A stretch of DNA of 61,630 nt, the filler included. It is 4 parts of 4 records of this genome, joined end to end, with 100 filler letters (N's around TTAATTAATTAA, not from the genome) between each part and the next. Parts side by side here need not be neighbours in the genome. Positions count along the whole stretch, not along the records: positions 31,923 to 52,688 come from SRR20825019_1481; 3 more parts are not named here. One strand, 5' to 3'. This document shows, one piece after another, positions 31,950 through 44,313 of the stretch. The notes beneath the pieces were generated by a model. The model did no database searches, had not been told where the DNA came from, and was given only the letters and a program-made list of their open reading frames with translations. The translations under genes and the position numbers were made by a program. The number at the start of each line of letters is the position of its first letter. The first letter of the stretch is position 1.

Positions 31950-32026
31950 TTTGAAGTAGGTGAATGGGTATAGTTGTACTAGTTACTTTATAATATTTAT
32001 TAATGAAATTAAAATAGTATATCGAT

Positions 32027-33211
32027 ATGTCTAAGCAGAAGTTTGAAAGGAGCAAGCCGCATTTTAACATTGGTACCATTGGTCACGTGGATCATGGTAA
32101 AACAACCTTAACAGCAGCAATAACTAAGGTGCTATCACAAACAGGTGGCGCAGAAGTTAGAGATTATGACACAATTGATGCTGCACCTGAAGAAAAAGAG
32201 AGGGGTATTACAATATCCGCAGCTCACGTAGAATATGAAACTCAAAACCGTCATTATGCTCACGTAGATTGTCCTGGGCATGCTGACTATGTAAAAAACA
32301 TGATTACTGGTGCTGCTCAAATGGATGGATCAATCTTAGTAGTTTCTGCAGTTGATGGTCCTATGCCACAAACAAGAGAGCATATCTTGCTTGCGCGTCA
32401 GGTTGGTGTACCTGGTATTGTTGTATATCTAAACAAAGTTGACATGGTAGATGACGAGATGATGCTTGAGCTTGTTGAAGAAGAGGTGAGGGATTTGTTG
32501 AATAAATATGAATTTCCTGGAGCTGATATTCCAATTATTAGAGGTTCTGCACTTGCAGCCGTAGAAGGTAAACCAGAAGGGGAAGAATCAATTAAGAAAT
32601 TGATGGAAGCAGTTGATACATATTTAGTACAACCTAAACGTGAAATAGACAAAACTTTCTTAATGCCTATTGAGGATATCTTTTCTATATCAGGTAGAGG
32701 TACAGTTGTAACAGGTAGAATTGAAAAAGGTGTTCTTGAAGTTAACAACGAAATAGAAATTGTTGGTCTAAGAGATACACAAAAATCAACATGTACTGGA
32801 GTAGAGATGTTTAAAAAGCTTCTTGATAGAGGTGAAGCTGGAGATAATGTTGGAGTGCTTTTAAGAGGTACTAAAAGAGAAGAGGTAGAGAGAGGTCAGG
32901 TTCTTGCAAAACCAGGTACAATTACTCCACATACTGAGTTTGAAGCTGAGGTTTATGTTCTTAGTAAGGATGAAGGTGGTAGACATACCCCATTCTTTAA
33001 AAATTATAGACCACAATTTTATTTCAGAACTACTGATGTTACTGGAGATGTTGAGTTACCTTCTGATAAAGAAATGGTCATGCCAGGTGATAACGTCAAG
33101 TTAGTAGTAAAATTAATTGCACCTATCGCTATGGATGAAGGTCTAAGATTTGCTATCAGAGAAGGTGGTAGAACTGTTGGTGCAGGAATAGTTTCTAAAA
33201 TTATTAAGTAA
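32027..33211 (+). CDS. tuf: Elongation factor Tu
   Basis: [35 protein letters not shown]. Confidence 0.99.
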   Translation: MSKQKFERSKPHFNIGTIGHVDHGKTTLTAAITKVLSQTGGAEVRDYDTIDAAPEEKERGITISAAHVEYETQNRHYAHVDCPGHADYVKNMITGAAQMDGSILVVSAVDGPMPQTREHILLARQVGVPGIVVYLNKVDMVDDEMMLELVEEEVRDLLNKYEFPGADIPIIRGSALAAVEGKPEGEESIKKLMEAVDTYLVQPKREIDKTFLMPIEDIFSISGRGTVVTGRIEKGVLEVNNEIEIVGLRDTQKSTCTGVEMFKKLLDRGEAGDNVGVLLRGTKREEVERGQVLAKPGTITPHTEFEAEVYVLSKDEGGRHTPFFKNYRPQFYFRTTDVTGDVELPSDKEMVMPGDNVKLVVKLIAPIAMDEGLRFAIREGGRTVGAGIVSKIIK

Positions 33212-33222
33212 GAAGGTTATCA

Positions 33223-33531
33223 ATGAGTCAAGGGATCAAGATTAGGTTAAAATCCTTCGATCACAAAATACTAGATCATGCTACTAGGGAGATAGTAGGT
33301 ACCGTTAAAAGAACTGGCGCAGCAGTTAATGGTCCTATCCCTCTTCCTAGGGATATTTCTAAATATACAGTGAACAGAGCTCCTCATATCGATAAAAAAT
33401 CTAGAGAGCAATTTGAGATCCGTGTACATAAGAGATTGATAATAATAAATTATCCTACTCCACAAACAGTAGAAGCCCTGATGAAGGTAGATCTGGCTGC
33501 TGGAGTTAATGTAGAAATAATAGCTAGGTAA
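33223..33531 (+). CDS. rpsJ: 30S ribosomal protein S10
   Basis: [14 protein letters not shown]; operon order. Confidence 0.98.
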   Translation: MSQGIKIRLKSFDHKILDHATREIVGTVKRTGAAVNGPIPLPRDISKYTVNRAPHIDKKSREQFEIRVHKRLIIINYPTPQTVEALMKVDLAAGVNVEIIAR

Positions 33532-33533
33532 TT

Positions 33534-34169
33534 ATGAGAACTGGTATAGTAGCTACTAAACTAGGTATGAGTTCAATCTTTACACAAGATGGTAACAAGG
33601 TACCTGTAACACTTTTAGAAGTTAAGGATTGTAAGGTTGTAGCAATTAAGAATTCAGAAAACCATGGTTATGATGCATTGGTGTTAGGATACAACCTGAA
33701 AGATAGTCATAAATTAAATAAACCATCTTTAGGGTTTTATAAAAAAAATAATATTGAGCCACTTGGCAAGGTTATAGAATATAGAGTTTCTAAAGAAAAT
33801 ATGCTTGAAGTAAATACCAAAATTGATGCAAATCACTTCAAAATTGGTAGTTTTATCGATGTATCTGCAAAAAGTATAGGTAAAGGTTTTGCGGGTGTAA
33901 TGAAAAGGCATAATTTTGGTGGTTTAAGAGCATCTCATGGTGTTTCAATAGCTCATCGTTCTGGTGGTTCCACAGGTGGTTGCCAGGATCCAGGTAAAGT
34001 TTTTAAAGGAAAGAAAATGGCTGGTCAGATGGGTAACAAAAAAGTAACTATTCAGAATCTTGAGGTTGTTAGTGTTGATTCAGAGTCAAAGCTAATATGC
34101 GTAAGAGGATCAGTTCCTGGAGCTGTGGGTTCTGTATTAAAGTTACGTGATAGTGTAAAAAAATACTAG
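33534..34169 (+). CDS. rplC: 50S ribosomal protein L3
   Basis: GKGFAGVMKRH, QDPGKVFKGKKMAG. Confidence 0.98.
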   Translation: MRTGIVATKLGMSSIFTQDGNKVPVTLLEVKDCKVVAIKNSENHGYDALVLGYNLKDSHKLNKPSLGFYKKNNIEPLGKVIEYRVSKENMLEVNTKIDANHFKIGSFIDVSAKSIGKGFAGVMKRHNFGGLRASHGVSIAHRSGGSTGGCQDPGKVFKGKKMAGQMGNKKVTIQNLEVVSVDSESKLICVRGSVPGAVGSVLKLRDSVKKY

Positions 34170-34177
34170 GTATTTTT

Positions 34178-34801
34178 ATGGAAATTATTATACAAAGCAT
34201 GGATTTCAAGGAAAAAGGAAAAATCAAGCTTGATGACAAAGTGTTTGGCCTTGAAGTAAGACAGGATATCATCAAAAGAGTCATGGACTGGCAATTGATG
34301 AAAAGAATGTCAGGTACAAGTTGTACAAAGACAGTGTCTGATATATCTGGTACTACTAAAAAGCCTCACAGGCAAAAAGGTACAGGTAGAGCAAGACAAG
34401 GTAGCTTGCGTTCTGTTCAGATGAGAGGTGGTGCGGTTAGTCATGGTCCGGTTCAAAGAGATATGAGTACAGCTATTCAGAAAAAAGTTAGAAAGCTTGG
34501 ATTAAAGCATGCTCTATCTTATAAGTTAGGTTCTGGTAAGATTATAATTGTAGATAATCTTGATAGTGGGTCTTCAAAAACTAAAGATTTAATGAGTAAA
34601 CTAAATAAGCTTGGTGGAAGAAGCTATATGGCAGTTGATGCAGATAATTCTAATGTGAATTTTAAAAAAGCAGCTTCAAATATTCATTATGTTTCTTATA
34701 TACCTCAAATAGGTGTTAATGTTTATGACTTAATAAAGCATGATTTTGTTTTGATAACTAGTAGTGCAGTAAAAGATATAGAAAAGAGGCTAGCTGTATG
34801 A
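34178..34801 (+). CDS. rplD: 50S ribosomal protein L4
   Basis: KPHRQKGTGRARQGS. Confidence 0.98.
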   Translation: MEIIIQSMDFKEKGKIKLDDKVFGLEVRQDIIKRVMDWQLMKRMSGTSCTKTVSDISGTTKKPHRQKGTGRARQGSLRSVQMRGGAVSHGPVQRDMSTAIQKKVRKLGLKHALSYKLGSGKIIIVDNLDSGSSKTKDLMSKLNKLGGRSYMAVDADNSNVNFKKAASNIHYVSYIPQIGVNVYDLIKHDFVLITSSAVKDIEKRLAV

Positions 34802-35094
34802 GTATATTGTTCGATGTTGTAAGAAGACCAATTGTTACAGAAAAAACAACTGAACAATCTGAGTCAATGAATAAATATTATTTCGAAGTTTTAAAAGGTT
34901 CGAATAAGACATTAGTTAAAAAATCTATTGAGTCTATATTTGAAGTTAAAGTTGAGAAGGTTAATATAATCAATGTTAAGGGTAAAAATTGTACATACAG
35001 GGGCCGTAAAGGATTTAAATCCGGTATGAAAAAGGCTGTTGTGACTCTTAAAAAGGGGGATAATATTGATATAACCAGTATGGGAGGTAATTAA
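34798..35094 (+). CDS. rplW: 50S ribosomal protein L23
   Basis: PIVTEK, KKAVVTL. Confidence 0.97.
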   Translation: MSILFDVVRRPIVTEKTTEQSESMNKYYFEVLKGSNKTLVKKSIESIFEVKVEKVNIINVKGKNCTYRGRKGFKSGMKKAVVTLKKGDNIDITSMGGN

Positions 35095-35921
35095 TGGCTT
35101 TAAAAAAATATACACCAGTAACACCTTCTTTAAGAAATTTAGTTTCTGTTGATAGATCTAAGATTTGGAGAGGTTCTCCTTTAAAACACCTTGTAAAAGG
35201 TATGATAAAAAAGGGTGGTAGAAATAACTTAGGTAGAATTACTGCTTTCCACAGAGGTGGTGGGCACAAGAGACTATATAGATTTGTTGATTTTAAAAGA
35301 GCAAAGCTTGATTTAACAGCAGAAGTTATAAGAATAGAATATGATCCTAATAGAACATCTTTTATTGCATTAATTAAATATGAAGATGGGGTATATTCAT
35401 ATATATTAGCACCTCAAGGTTTAAAGGAAGGCGATAAAGTTTGTTCTTCAAATGACTCTGATATAGTTGTAGGTAACTCTATGGAATTAAGAGTTATACC
35501 AGTAGGTACAATATTACATAATGTAGAGATGAAGCCTAAAAAAGGTGGGCAGATAGCTAGATCAGCTGGGGCGTCTGTACAATTAATTGGTAAAGATAGT
35601 GGGTATGCTCTTTTGAAGTTAAAATCTGGAGAAGTTAGAAGAGTTCTTGAAACTTGTAGAGCTACTATTGGATCTGTTTCTAATACTGATCATCAAAATA
35701 TTAATTATGGAAAGGCAGGTAGAAAGAGATGGCTTGGTAAAGGCCCTGTTGTAAGAGGTGTTGCTATGAATCCTATCGACCATCCTCATGGAGGTGGTGA
35801 AGGTAAAACTTCAGGAGGTAGACACCCTGTCAGTCCTTACGGTAAACCTACTAAAGGTAAAAAAACAAGAAGTAATAAGTTTACTGATAAATATATAGTT
35901 AAAAGAAGGAATAAGAAGTAG
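35094..35921 (+). CDS. rplB: 50S ribosomal protein L2
   Basis: [23 protein letters not shown]. Confidence 0.99.
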   Translation: MALKKYTPVTPSLRNLVSVDRSKIWRGSPLKHLVKGMIKKGGRNNLGRITAFHRGGGHKRLYRFVDFKRAKLDLTAEVIRIEYDPNRTSFIALIKYEDGVYSYILAPQGLKEGDKVCSSNDSDIVVGNSMELRVIPVGTILHNVEMKPKKGGQIARSAGASVQLIGKDSGYALLKLKSGEVRRVLETCRATIGSVSNTDHQNINYGKAGRKRWLGKGPVVRGVAMNPIDHPHGGGEGKTSGGRHPVSPYGKPTKGKKTRSNKFTDKYIVKRRNKK

Positions 35922-35927
35922 GTAAAT

Positions 35928-36206
35928 ATGGCAAGATCATTATGGAAAGGTCCTTTTGTAGAGGCGAGTTTGCTAAAAAAAGTACAAAAAATGTCAGAAT
36001 CATCAAAGCCTGGCGTTATAAAAACATGGTCCCGTAAATCGACTATTATTCCTATGTTTGTAGGATTTAGTTTTGAAGTGCATAATGGTAAGAAATTCAT
36101 ACCTGTTGTAGTAAATGAAGATATGGTTGGTAGAAAATTCGGTGAATTTGCTCCAACTAGAACCTATTTTGGCCATGGTGCTGATAGGAAGGCTAAACGT
36201 AAATAG
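35928..36206 (+). CDS. rpsS: 30S ribosomal protein S19
   Basis: [20 protein letters not shown]. Confidence 0.98.
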   Translation: MARSLWKGPFVEASLLKKVQKMSESSKPGVIKTWSRKSTIIPMFVGFSFEVHNGKKFIPVVVNEDMVGRKFGEFAPTRTYFGHGADRKAKRK

Positions 36207-36223
36207 TATTTAATGTTAATAAT

Positions 36224-36586
36224 ATGTCTAAAATAAAGAATAATCTTGAAAGTAAGTCTATATTAAAGAGAGTCAGGGTTAGTCCTAGAAAGCTATGCCT
36301 AGTTACTGATCTTGTTAGGAATATGGGTGCATATGATGCACTAAATCAGCTAAGATTTTGTAAAAAAGCAGCTGCTAAACATGTAGAGAGCTGCCTTAAA
36401 TCTGCTATAGCTAATGCTGAAAATAATCATGGTCTTGATATAGATAGTTTGTATATTTCTGAGATATCTGTAGGCAAGGCGATGGTAATGAAAAGAATTA
36501 TGCCAAGAGCTAAAGGTAGAGGATGCAGAATTAACAAATTTTTGAGTAATCTTTATTTAACTGTAAAAGAAAGAAAGGAAGCATAA
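36224..36586 (+). CDS. rplV: 50S ribosomal protein L22
   Basis: [19 protein letters not shown]. Confidence 0.97.
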   Translation: MSKIKNNLESKSILKRVRVSPRKLCLVTDLVRNMGAYDALNQLRFCKKAAAKHVESCLKSAIANAENNHGLDIDSLYISEISVGKAMVMKRIMPRAKGRGCRINKFLSNLYLTVKERKEA

Positions 36587-37245
36587 TGGGACAAAAAGTA
36601 GATCCAAGAGGGCTTAGAACTGGGCCAACTTTAAATAAAGATTGGGAGTCAGTTTTTTTTGCTAGTAATAATTACAGACATTTTTTAATACAAGATATAA
36701 ATGTTCGTTCTCTTATAAAAAAGAAATTTGTTTCAGCACAAATTAGTTCAGTAAAAATAGAACGTCCTTCTGATAAAAAGTTAGTCGCAAATATATATGC
36801 TAAAAGACCAGGAGTTATAATTGGTAAAAGTGGTCAAGATATTGAGTCTCTTAAAAATGAGATCACATCAATAACTAGCTCCGAAGTATATATAAATATT
36901 GTTGAAGTTAAAAAGCCCGAAATAGATGCAAATATCATTGCTCATAACATAGTTTTGCAAATAGAAAAGAGAGTTTCTTATAAAAAAGCTATGAAAAGGG
37001 CTATTCAGACTGCTATGAAGCAAGGTGCTAAAGGAATTAGGGTTAATTGCGCAGGTAGACTAGGTGGAGCTGAAATAGCTAGAACTGAGTGGTATAAAGA
37101 AGGTAGAATTCCTCTTCATACTTTAAGAGCAGATATAGATTATGCAACTGCAAGAGCAAATACTACTTATGGAGTTATAGGAGTGAAAGTATGGGTATAT
37201 AGGGGAGATGCTACATCTTCAAAGAAAAGAAAATTAGAGCAGTAA
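36586..37245 (+). CDS. rpsC: 30S ribosomal protein S3
   Basis: [27 protein letters not shown]. Confidence 0.98.
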   Translation: MGQKVDPRGLRTGPTLNKDWESVFFASNNYRHFLIQDINVRSLIKKKFVSAQISSVKIERPSDKKLVANIYAKRPGVIIGKSGQDIESLKNEITSITSSEVYINIVEVKKPEIDANIIAHNIVLQIEKRVSYKKAMKRAIQTAMKQGAKGIRVNCAGRLGGAEIARTEWYKEGRIPLHTLRADIDYATARANTTYGVIGVKVWVYRGDATSSKKRKLEQ

Positions 37246-37249
37246 TATT

Positions 37250-37660
37250 ATGTTAAGTCCTAAGAAACAAAAATTTAGAAAAGCTCATAAGGGCAGAGTT
37301 CCTTCAAAATCTAAAGCAGGTAACGATATAGCTTTTGGTAGTTTTGGGGTTAAATGTCTAGATATGGAAAGAATAACAGCTAGGCAAATTGAAGCTGCAA
37401 GAAGAGCTGCTGTAAGATGTATGAAAAGGAGTGGTAAATTTTGGATAAGAATTTTCCCAGACCTTCCTGTATCAAAAAAACCTTTAGAGGTAAGAATGGG
37501 TAAGGGTAAAGGTTCTCCTGAATTTTTTGCAGTTAGAGTGTCTCCTGGAAGAATATTATTTGAAGTTGATGGTGTAAGTAATGAAGTTGCTATAGAAGCT
37601 TTAAGACTTGCATCTGCAAAGCTTCCCGTTAGAACTAAAATAGTAAAAAATTATGTCTAA
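37250..37660 (+). CDS. rplP: 50S ribosomal protein L16
   Basis: RQIEAAR, WIRIFPD, RMGKGKG. Confidence 0.98.
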   Translation: MLSPKKQKFRKAHKGRVPSKSKAGNDIAFGSFGVKCLDMERITARQIEAARRAAVRCMKRSGKFWIRIFPDLPVSKKPLEVRMGKGKGSPEFFAVRVSPGRILFEVDGVSNEVAIEALRLASAKLPVRTKIVKNYV

Positions 37661-37892
37661 GAAATCAAAAGAATTTGATAAAGAAGATATTAAAAAAAGC
37701 TCTATTAAAGATTTGATGCACAAGATCGAACATTATAAAAGAGAGCTATTTAATCTAAGATGTAGAAAAGCGGTTTCTAATGAGGCTCCGATGCATAGAT
37801 TTAAGATTGTTAGGAAAAATATCGCAAGAATCAATACTTTTATTAATATTAAAAAATCAGAAGAAATAACAAAAGAGGGTAAAAATGCCTAA
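37653..37892 (+). CDS. rpmC: 50S ribosomal protein L29
   Basis: ELFNLR, RKNIARI.T; position. Confidence 0.93.
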   Translation: MSKKSKEFDKEDIKKSSIKDLMHKIEHYKRELFNLRCRKAVSNEAPMHRFKIVRKNIARINTFINIKKSEEITKEGKNA

Positions 37893-38109
37893 AAGACTTT
37901 TAAGTGGTACAGTAATTTCTAGTACAAATGATAAGACTATTCTTGTTAAGGTTGAAAATAGGTATAGACACCCTGTTTATCAGAAAACTGTAAAAAAATA
38001 CAAAAAATATCAAGCACATGATCAGGATAATAAGTATAAAGTTGGAGATAAAGTAGAAATAATAGAGTCAAGACCAATTTCAAAAAATAAAACATGGACT
38101 GTTTTATGA
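37885..38109 (+). CDS. rpsQ: 30S ribosomal protein S17
   Basis: DKTI.V, HP.Y.K, ESRPISK.K. Confidence 0.97.
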   Translation: MPKRLLSGTVISSTNDKTILVKVENRYRHPVYQKTVKKYKKYQAHDQDNKYKVGDKVEIIESRPISKNKTWTVL

Positions 38110-38111
38110 GT

Positions 38112-38140
38112 TTGACTTATATGATGAAAATGTGTATTAA
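38112..38140 (+). promoter_or_regulatory. Sigma70-type promoter of the spc operon
   Basis: TTGACT-17 nt-TATTAA upstream of rplN. Confidence 0.6.
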
Positions 38141-38166
38141 ATTAGGCTATTTAAAGTGGTAAGTAT

Positions 38167-38535
38167 ATGATACAAATGCAAACAATTCTAGATGTTGCTG
38201 ATAACTCTGGTGCAAAGAGTGTCATGTGCATAAAGGTTCTTGGCGGTTCTGGTCACATGAGTGCTTCTATTGGTGAAATAATAGTAGTAGCTGTAAAAGA
38301 TGCTATACCTAGGGCTAAGGTAAAAAAAGGTGAAGTTCATAGAGCTGTTATAGTCAGGTCAAGATATGGTATTGTTAGGGGAGATGGAAGTAAGATCTCA
38401 TTTGATAAGAATGCTGTAGTTCTTATTAATAAGCAAGGTGAGCCTATTGGTACCAGGGTATTTGGTTCTGTAGCAAGAGAGTTAAGATCTCTTGGTTTTT
38501 TAAAAATTATTTCTCTTGCGCAAGAGGTACTATAA
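38167..38535 (+). CDS. rplN: 50S ribosomal protein L14
   Basis: [21 protein letters not shown]. Confidence 0.98.
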   Translation: MIQMQTILDVADNSGAKSVMCIKVLGGSGHMSASIGEIIVVAVKDAIPRAKVKKGEVHRAVIVRSRYGIVRGDGSKISFDKNAVVLINKQGEPIGTRVFGSVARELRSLGFLKIISLAQEVL

Positions 38536-38877
38536 ATGAATAAATGTAAAATTTTAAAAGGAGATACAGTAATTATAGTAACTGGCAAAGATAAAGGTAA
38601 AGTTGGGACTGTAATCAATGTTTATCCAAAAGAAGGAAAGATTAAAGTTTCTGGGGTTATGGTTGCGAAGAAGCATCAAAAGCCATCTAAACAAAATAAT
38701 GGTGGTATTATATCTATTGAGCAAAAAATAGATATTTCAAATGTTGCTTTTTATGATAGTTCTAGCAAGTCAAAGTCAAAAATTGGATATAAATTTTTGA
38801 CTGATGGAAATAAAGTGAGATATGCTAAAAAGTCTGGAGAAGTTATACAGAATAATGTTAAAACATCTAAAGGTTAA
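38536..38877 (+). CDS. rplX: 50S ribosomal protein L24
   Basis: KOW motif GD.V.I.TGKDKGK.G, ISNV. Confidence 0.97.
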   Translation: MNKCKILKGDTVIIVTGKDKGKVGTVINVYPKEGKIKVSGVMVAKKHQKPSKQNNGGIISIEQKIDISNVAFYDSSSKSKSKIGYKFLTDGNKVRYAKKSGEVIQNNVKTSKG

Positions 38878-38885
38878 TTGAAATA

Positions 38886-39428
38886 ATGTCCGAAAGATTT
38901 ATAGATAAGTATAAAAAAAATATTAGCAATTCTTTAAAAAAGGAATTTGGTTTTTCAAATGTTCATCAAATACCTGCAATAAAAAAAATTGTTATTAATA
39001 TGGGTCTTGGTTCTGCTGTAAAAGATTCTAAGGTTGTAGAAAATGCAATGAGAGATTTAGGTCTTATTTCAGGTCAAAAACCTATCGTTACTAAGGCTAA
39101 AAAGTCAGAAGCTGCTTTTAAATTAAGAGAAGGCATGAATATTGGATGTAAAGTAACTTTAAGAAAAGCAAGAATGTATGAATTTCTTGAAAGGCTTGTA
39201 TTAATTGCATTACCAAGAGCTAAAGAATTTAGGGGTTTTAATAAAAAAAGTTTCGACGGAAAAGGAAATTTTAATTTTGGTATAAAAGAGCAAATCATAT
39301 TTTCAGAAATAGAATATGATAAAATTGATAATATTAGGGGAATGGATGTGACTATTGTAACTACTGCAAGTTCTGATGATACTGCAAAGAGATTACTTGA
39401 AGGTTTTGATTTACCTTTTATAAATTAA
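38886..39428 (+). CDS. rplE: 50S ribosomal protein L5
   Basis: KIVINMG, GQKP, FKLREG, FDGKGN. Confidence 0.98.
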   Translation: MSERFIDKYKKNISNSLKKEFGFSNVHQIPAIKKIVINMGLGSAVKDSKVVENAMRDLGLISGQKPIVTKAKKSEAAFKLREGMNIGCKVTLRKARMYEFLERLVLIALPRAKEFRGFNKKSFDGKGNFNFGIKEQIIFSEIEYDKIDNIRGMDVTIVTTASSDDTAKRLLEGFDLPFIN

Positions 39429-39449
39429 TATAGAATTATTTGATTAAAT

Positions 39450-39755
39450 ATGGCAAAACTTAGTTCAATAACTAGAAATACAAAAAGAAAAAATCTTGTT
39501 GATAGATTTAAGAAAAAGCGTCAAGAAATTAAGTCTAAGCTTTATGATAAATCTCTTGATATTCAAGAGAGATTTCAGCTACAAGTAAAACTTGATTCTT
39601 TACCTAAAAATTCTTCTAAAATAAGAGTTAGAAATTTATGCGCTATAACTGGAAGATCTCGAGGTTATTATAGGAAGTTTGATATGTCTAGGTGTATACT
39701 TAGAGATTTAGCTGGAGCTGGCCAAGTTCCAGGTTTAAGAAAATCTAGTTGGTAG
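39450..39755 (+). CDS. rpsN: 30S ribosomal protein S14 (long, 101 aa form)
   Basis: RNLC..TGRSRG.YRKF, PGLRKSSW. Confidence 0.97.
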   Translation: MAKLSSITRNTKRKNLVDRFKKKRQEIKSKLYDKSLDIQERFQLQVKLDSLPKNSSKIRVRNLCAITGRSRGYYRKFDMSRCILRDLAGAGQVPGLRKSSW

Positions 39756-39764
39756 GATATTATT

Positions 39765-40166
39765 ATGGTAATGACAGATAATGTAGCAGATATGCTAACA
39801 AGAATTAGAAATGGACAAAAAAGTAAGTTACTTGAAGTTTCTGTTCCATATTCGAATTTAAAATGTTCTATTCTAGATGTTCTAAAAGAAGAAGGTTTTA
39901 TATTGGGTTATAAAGTTTCATCTTTAAGGGATGGGATAAAAAATATAATCGTTGAATTAAAATATAGTGATATAGGAATGCCTGCTATTAAACAGATTCA
40001 AAGAGTATCAAAACCAGGTAGAAGGTTATATTCATCTATTGATGATATAAAAGATTATTATAGTGGGATGGGCCTTTATGTATTATCAACTTCTAAAGGA
40101 GTTATTTCTGATAGAAAAGCTAATGAGTTTAGAGTTGGTGGAGAATTAATTTGTAGAGTATTTTAG
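39765..40166 (+). CDS. rpsH: 30S ribosomal protein S8
   Basis: [24 protein letters not shown]. Confidence 0.98.
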   Translation: MVMTDNVADMLTRIRNGQKSKLLEVSVPYSNLKCSILDVLKEEGFILGYKVSSLRDGIKNIIVELKYSDIGMPAIKQIQRVSKPGRRLYSSIDDIKDYYSGMGLYVLSTSKGVISDRKANEFRVGGELICRVF

Positions 40167-40167
40167 T

Positions 40168-40701
40168 ATGTCTAGGGTAGGTTTAAAGCCAGTTATAATT
40201 CCAGATCAAGTTAAGGTTGAGCTATCAGGACTGAATATCAAAGTTATTGGTCCTAAGGGTAATATAGAAAAGAAATTTCAAGGAGAAATTGAGATTCATA
40301 ATAAGGACAATAAAATTGAAGTTAAGCCTACATCTGACTCAAGAAAAGCAAAAGCAATGTGGGGAACAGCAAGAAGTATTATTGCAAATATGGTAAAGGG
40401 TGTTCATGAAGGATTTAATCTAGATCTTGAGCTTGTAGGTGTTGGTTATAGAGCGTCTATGCAAGGAGAACTTCTTAATTTGGCTCTTGCAAAAAGTCAT
40501 AATACTAAAATTATGATCCCTTCTAATGTAGAAGTTAAAGTAGCTAAACAAAATTTAATTAATTTATCATCTCCTGATAAAGAAGTATTGGGTGAATTTG
40601 CAGCAAAGATAATTAGAGAAAGGCCTCCAGAACCTTACAAGGGTAAAGGTATAAAGAAAGCTGGTCAGGTAATTCAAATTAAACAAGGTAAGAAAGGCTA
40701 G
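40168..40701 (+). CDS. rplF: 50S ribosomal protein L6
   Basis: [20 protein letters not shown]. Confidence 0.98.
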   Translation: MSRVGLKPVIIPDQVKVELSGLNIKVIGPKGNIEKKFQGEIEIHNKDNKIEVKPTSDSRKAKAMWGTARSIIANMVKGVHEGFNLDLELVGVGYRASMQGELLNLALAKSHNTKIMIPSNVEVKVAKQNLINLSSPDKEVLGEFAAKIIRERPPEPYKGKGIKKAGQVIQIKQGKKG

Positions 40702-40705
40702 TCTT

Positions 40706-41062
40706 ATGAGAAGTTCAAGAGATAAATTATTAACAAGAAGACAAAGAATTCGTACAAGAATTTCTAAATCTTCAGATAGATTAAGACTTTCAGTATTTAA
40801 ATCATGCAGGCATATTTATGCTCAATTAATTGATGATACTAAAGGAGCAATCCTTGCTTCAGCGTCAAGTTTAGATAAGGATATTAGAAAGATGTCAGCA
40901 TCAAATAATAACCTAGAATTTGCAAAAAAAGTTGGAGAATTAATAGGAAGTAGAGCTTCAGAAAAGGGGCATAAAAAAGTTGTTTTTGATAGAGGAGGAA
41001 GAAAATACCATGGTGTATTGAAAGCATGTGCAGAAGCAGCTAGACAAAAATTAGATTTTTAA
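40706..41062 (+). CDS. rplR: 50S ribosomal protein L18
   Basis: RLSVFKS..HIYAQ.IDD, VFDRGG..YHG. Confidence 0.97.
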   Translation: MRSSRDKLLTRRQRIRTRISKSSDRLRLSVFKSCRHIYAQLIDDTKGAILASASSLDKDIRKMSASNNNLEFAKKVGELIGSRASEKGHKKVVFDRGGRKYHGVLKACAEAARQKLDF

Positions 41063-41080
41063 GTTATAGGTAAGAATAAT

Positions 41081-41635
41081 ATGAATGAGGTTGAATCTCA
41101 AGATAAAGACTCTTTTGTTGAGACTCTTGTAAATGTTAACAGAGTTACTAAAGTTGTTAAAGGTGGAAGAAGGTTCTCATTCTCTGCTTGTGTAGTAGTG
41201 GGTAATAAAAATGGTCTTGTAGGTTATGGTCATGGTAAAGCTAAGGAAGTAACTGAAGCAAGAACAAAAGCTTCGCAATCAGCTAAAAAAAACCTAATAA
41301 GAGTACCTATTTATAAAAAAAGAACTATTCATCATGATGTTATGGGTACATCAGGTGCTGCTAAAGTTATTATGAGAAGATGCAAAGAAGGAACAGGTAT
41401 TATAGCTGGTGGAGCTATGCGTTGTATATTAGATTCTGCTGGTATTTCAGATGTTGTAGCTAAATCATTAGGTACTTCAAATGTGTATACTATGATAGAA
41501 GCTACTTTTGAAGCTTTTAGAAATCTTTCTTCACCTTCGCAAGTAGCAAAAAGAAGAGGTCTTGATTTAAAATCTCTTTCTAGTAAGAAATTAAAAAAAC
41601 CAATTTCTAAGGTGAAAAATGGTAAAGAAGAATAA
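41081..41635 (+). CDS. rpsE: 30S ribosomal protein S5
   Basis: [22 protein letters not shown]. Confidence 0.98.
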   Translation: MNEVESQDKDSFVETLVNVNRVTKVVKGGRRFSFSACVVVGNKNGLVGYGHGKAKEVTEARTKASQSAKKNLIRVPIYKKRTIHHDVMGTSGAAKVIMRRCKEGTGIIAGGAMRCILDSAGISDVVAKSLGTSNVYTMIEATFEAFRNLSSPSQVAKRRGLDLKSLSSKKLKKPISKVKNGKEE

Positions 41636-41816
41636 TAAGTTATTAGTTAAGCAAGTTAAAAGTGCAATAGGTAGAAAAAATGATCAAAATTCTACTTTAA
41701 TAGGACTTGGGCTTGGCAAGTTAAATAAAACTAGCATATTATTGGATCATCCTTCAGTAAGAGGTATGATTAATAAGGTTAAGCATTTAGTTGAAGTGAG
41801 TGAATATAATGGATAA
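41619..41816 (+). CDS. rpmD: 50S ribosomal protein L30
   Basis: [26 protein letters not shown]. Confidence 0.96.
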   Translation: MVKKNNKLLVKQVKSAIGRKNDQNSTLIGLGLGKLNKTSILLDHPSVRGMINKVKHLVEVSEYNG

Positions 41817-42276
41817 AAATATAATAGCACTTAATAACATCAAAGATATTAAAGGCTCTAAAAAGAAAGCTAAAAGAGTTGGAAGAGGAATGTCTTCAGG
41901 TACTGGTAAGACATCTGGTAAAGGTGCGAAAGGACAAAAAGCTAGATCTGGGGTAGCCATAAAGGCTTTTGAGGGAGGTCAAACACCTCTTATAAAAAGA
42001 CTACCTAAACGTGGATTTAATCCTATTAATAGAGTAAAAGTTACTATGGTTAACCTTTCTCAAATCGATTTGTTAATTAATGCAAATAAAATAAAAGAAG
42101 GAGATGTTATCGATAGTGATAAGCTAAGAGAGCTTGGAATCTTAAAAGGAAAATCTAAAAGTAAGCTAAAGCTACTAGCAAAAGGGAGTATAAAAAAGAA
42201 GCTTCAATTTAAGTTTGATAGTTATTCAAAAGGAGCTAAAGCATTACTTGAAAAAATAGGTTGTACAATTTTATAG
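41809..42276 (+). CDS. rplO: 50S ribosomal protein L15
   Basis: [34 protein letters not shown]. Confidence 0.97.
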   Translation: MDKNIIALNNIKDIKGSKKKAKRVGRGMSSGTGKTSGKGAKGQKARSGVAIKAFEGGQTPLIKRLPKRGFNPINRVKVTMVNLSQIDLLINANKIKEGDVIDSDKLRELGILKGKSKSKLKLLAKGSIKKKLQFKFDSYSKGAKALLEKIGCTIL

Positions 42277-42327
42277 TTTGAGAAATATTTTCTCAATCAA
42301 CATCGCATTAATTTCATATAAGCATTT

Positions 42328-43629
42328 ATGTTTCAAAGTGATTTGCTTCAAAGAATATTATTTACATTATTCATATTAGTTTGTTATAGATTTGGTTCAT
42401 ATATTCCAGTTGCTGGAGTAAATAGTTTTGCTCTAGATGAGCTAACAAGGCAGCATCAGGGTGGAATACTTGGAATGTTTAATATGCTTTCAGGTGGTTC
42501 TTTAGGAAGAATGTCTATATTTGCTTTAGCTATTATGCCTTATATTACATCTTCAATAGTAATGCAGCTACTTACTATGATATATGCTCCTCTTGAAAAT
42601 TTAAAAAAAGAAGGAGAAATAGGCAGAAAAAAAATCAATCAATATACAAGATATTTAACAGTAATACTTGCTTCATTTCAAGCTTTTGGTGTGGCTTCAG
42701 GACTTGCATCTACTTCAACAAGTTTAGGGCCTGTAGTAGTTGTTGATTTATTTTATTTTAAAGTTACTACTATAGTATCATTAGTGGTTGGAACTATTTT
42801 TCTTATGTGGCTTGGTGAGCAAATAAGTTCAAGGGGAATAGGAAATGGAACTTCTTTAATAATATTTGTTGGGATAGTTACTGGGATTCCTTCTGCTGTT
42901 ATAAATAGTTTTGAACTAACAAGAAAGGGTGTTTTATCTACTGTTTTGTTAATGGCTATAATTTTAGGTATAATTTTATTGATTTCTTTTATTATATATT
43001 TTGAAAGAGCTCAAAGAAAAGTTCCTGTTCAGTATCCTAAAAGACAAGTTGGAAATAAAGTATATGGAGGAGACTCAAGTTTTATTCCTTTGAAACTTAA
43101 TACTTCAGGAGTCATACCTCCAATTTTTGCAAGCTCAATATTATTATTCCCATTAACTTTATTGAATTTTTCAAGTAAAGCTTTAGGTCAAGAAGGAGGG
43201 GTTATAGAATCCATAGCTTATCATTTAAATCATGGAAGACCTTTGTACATAGTTTTATATGTGACATTAATTATATTTTTTAGTTTTTTCTATACAGCTA
43301 TTGTTTTTAATTCAGAGGAAACAGCAAATAATTTAAGAAAATATAATGCTTATGTTCCTGGAAAAAGGCCTGGTGCCAATACTTCTGAATATTTTGATTA
43401 TATTCTAAGTAGAATTACATTAGTTGGTGCTTTATATTTAGCTTTTATATGTGTTATACCTGAGCTTTTAATTGGAAAATATAATATGGCTTTTACTCTT
43501 GGTGGGACTAGTTTGTTAATTGTTGTAAATGTTGTTATTGATACTATTTCACAAGTTCAAACATATTTATTTAGTGGTCAATATGAAAAACTTATGAAAA
43601 AGATGCAAATTAAATCTAAGAGGGGATAG
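42328..43629 (+). CDS. secY: Preprotein translocase subunit SecY
   Basis: [46 protein letters not shown]. Confidence 0.98.
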   Translation: MFQSDLLQRILFTLFILVCYRFGSYIPVAGVNSFALDELTRQHQGGILGMFNMLSGGSLGRMSIFALAIMPYITSSIVMQLLTMIYAPLENLKKEGEIGRKKINQYTRYLTVILASFQAFGVASGLASTSTSLGPVVVVDLFYFKVTTIVSLVVGTIFLMWLGEQISSRGIGNGTSLIIFVGIVTGIPSAVINSFELTRKGVLSTVLLMAIILGIILLISFIIYFERAQRKVPVQYPKRQVGNKVYGGDSSFIPLKLNTSGVIPPIFASSILLFPLTLLNFSSKALGQEGGVIESIAYHLNHGRPLYIVLYVTLIIFFSFFYTAIVFNSEETANNLRKYNAYVPGKRPGANTSEYFDYILSRITLVGALYLAFICVIPELLIGKYNMAFTLGGTSLLIVVNVVIDTISQVQTYLFSGQYEKLMKKMQIKSKRG

Positions 43630-44252
43630 TGATACTTGTTTTTGCTGGTCTTCCTGGAACTGGAAAAGGTACTCAAGCATCTAAGCTCAGTAAATTATCG
43701 GGTTTTGCTCATATATCTACTGGTAACTGTTTAAGAGAAAAAGCAAAAAATGATAGTAAATTAAGAGATGATCTAGTTTCTGGTGGTTTAGTTAGTGATG
43801 ATACTGTAAATGAAGTAGTTTTAAGTTTTCTTGAAAATAATAAGAATGATAATATTATTCTTGATGGTTATCCAAGAAATATCTTACAAGATGATTTTCT
43901 TAAAAGTAGATTAAAGGAAGATTTATATTTAGCTTATTTTGAAGCTGATACTGATATTTTACTAAAAAGAGTATCTGGAAGATTTAGTTGTAAAGAATGC
44001 GGTCAAATATACAATAAGTATTTTTTAAATACAAAAATTGATGGAGTCTGTGACATTTGTGGATGTAAAGAATTTTTGCAAAGAAGTGACGATAATGAGG
44101 AAAGTTTTAATAAACGAAAAGATGTTTTTTTTAAAGAAACATACCCTCTTATCGAAAGATATAAGTTAAATAATTCAATTTTTAATATAGATGCAAGCGA
44201 AAATTCTAATAAAATTACTGAAACTTTGATGAATATAGTAAAAATCCATTGA
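43629..44252 (+). CDS. adk: Adenylate kinase with Zn-binding LID
   Basis: G.PGTGKGTQA, LDGYPR, CKEC..CDIC, RSDD. Confidence 0.96.
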   Translation: MILVFAGLPGTGKGTQASKLSKLSGFAHISTGNCLREKAKNDSKLRDDLVSGGLVSDDTVNEVVLSFLENNKNDNIILDGYPRNILQDDFLKSRLKEDLYLAYFEADTDILLKRVSGRFSCKECGQIYNKYFLNTKIDGVCDICGCKEFLQRSDDNEESFNKRKDVFFKETYPLIERYKLNNSIFNIDASENSNKITETLMNIVKIH

Positions 44253-44277
44253 CTTTATGAGACTTTTCTATAATAAT
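44249..44277 (+). promoter_or_regulatory. Candidate sigma70 promoter of the alpha operon
   Basis: TTGACT followed by TATAATAAT upstream of rpsM; spacing not ideal. Confidence 0.45.
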
Positions 44278-44313
44278 CACGTCCTCGTTTTAATTAGTAA
44301 ATAAAATATAATT

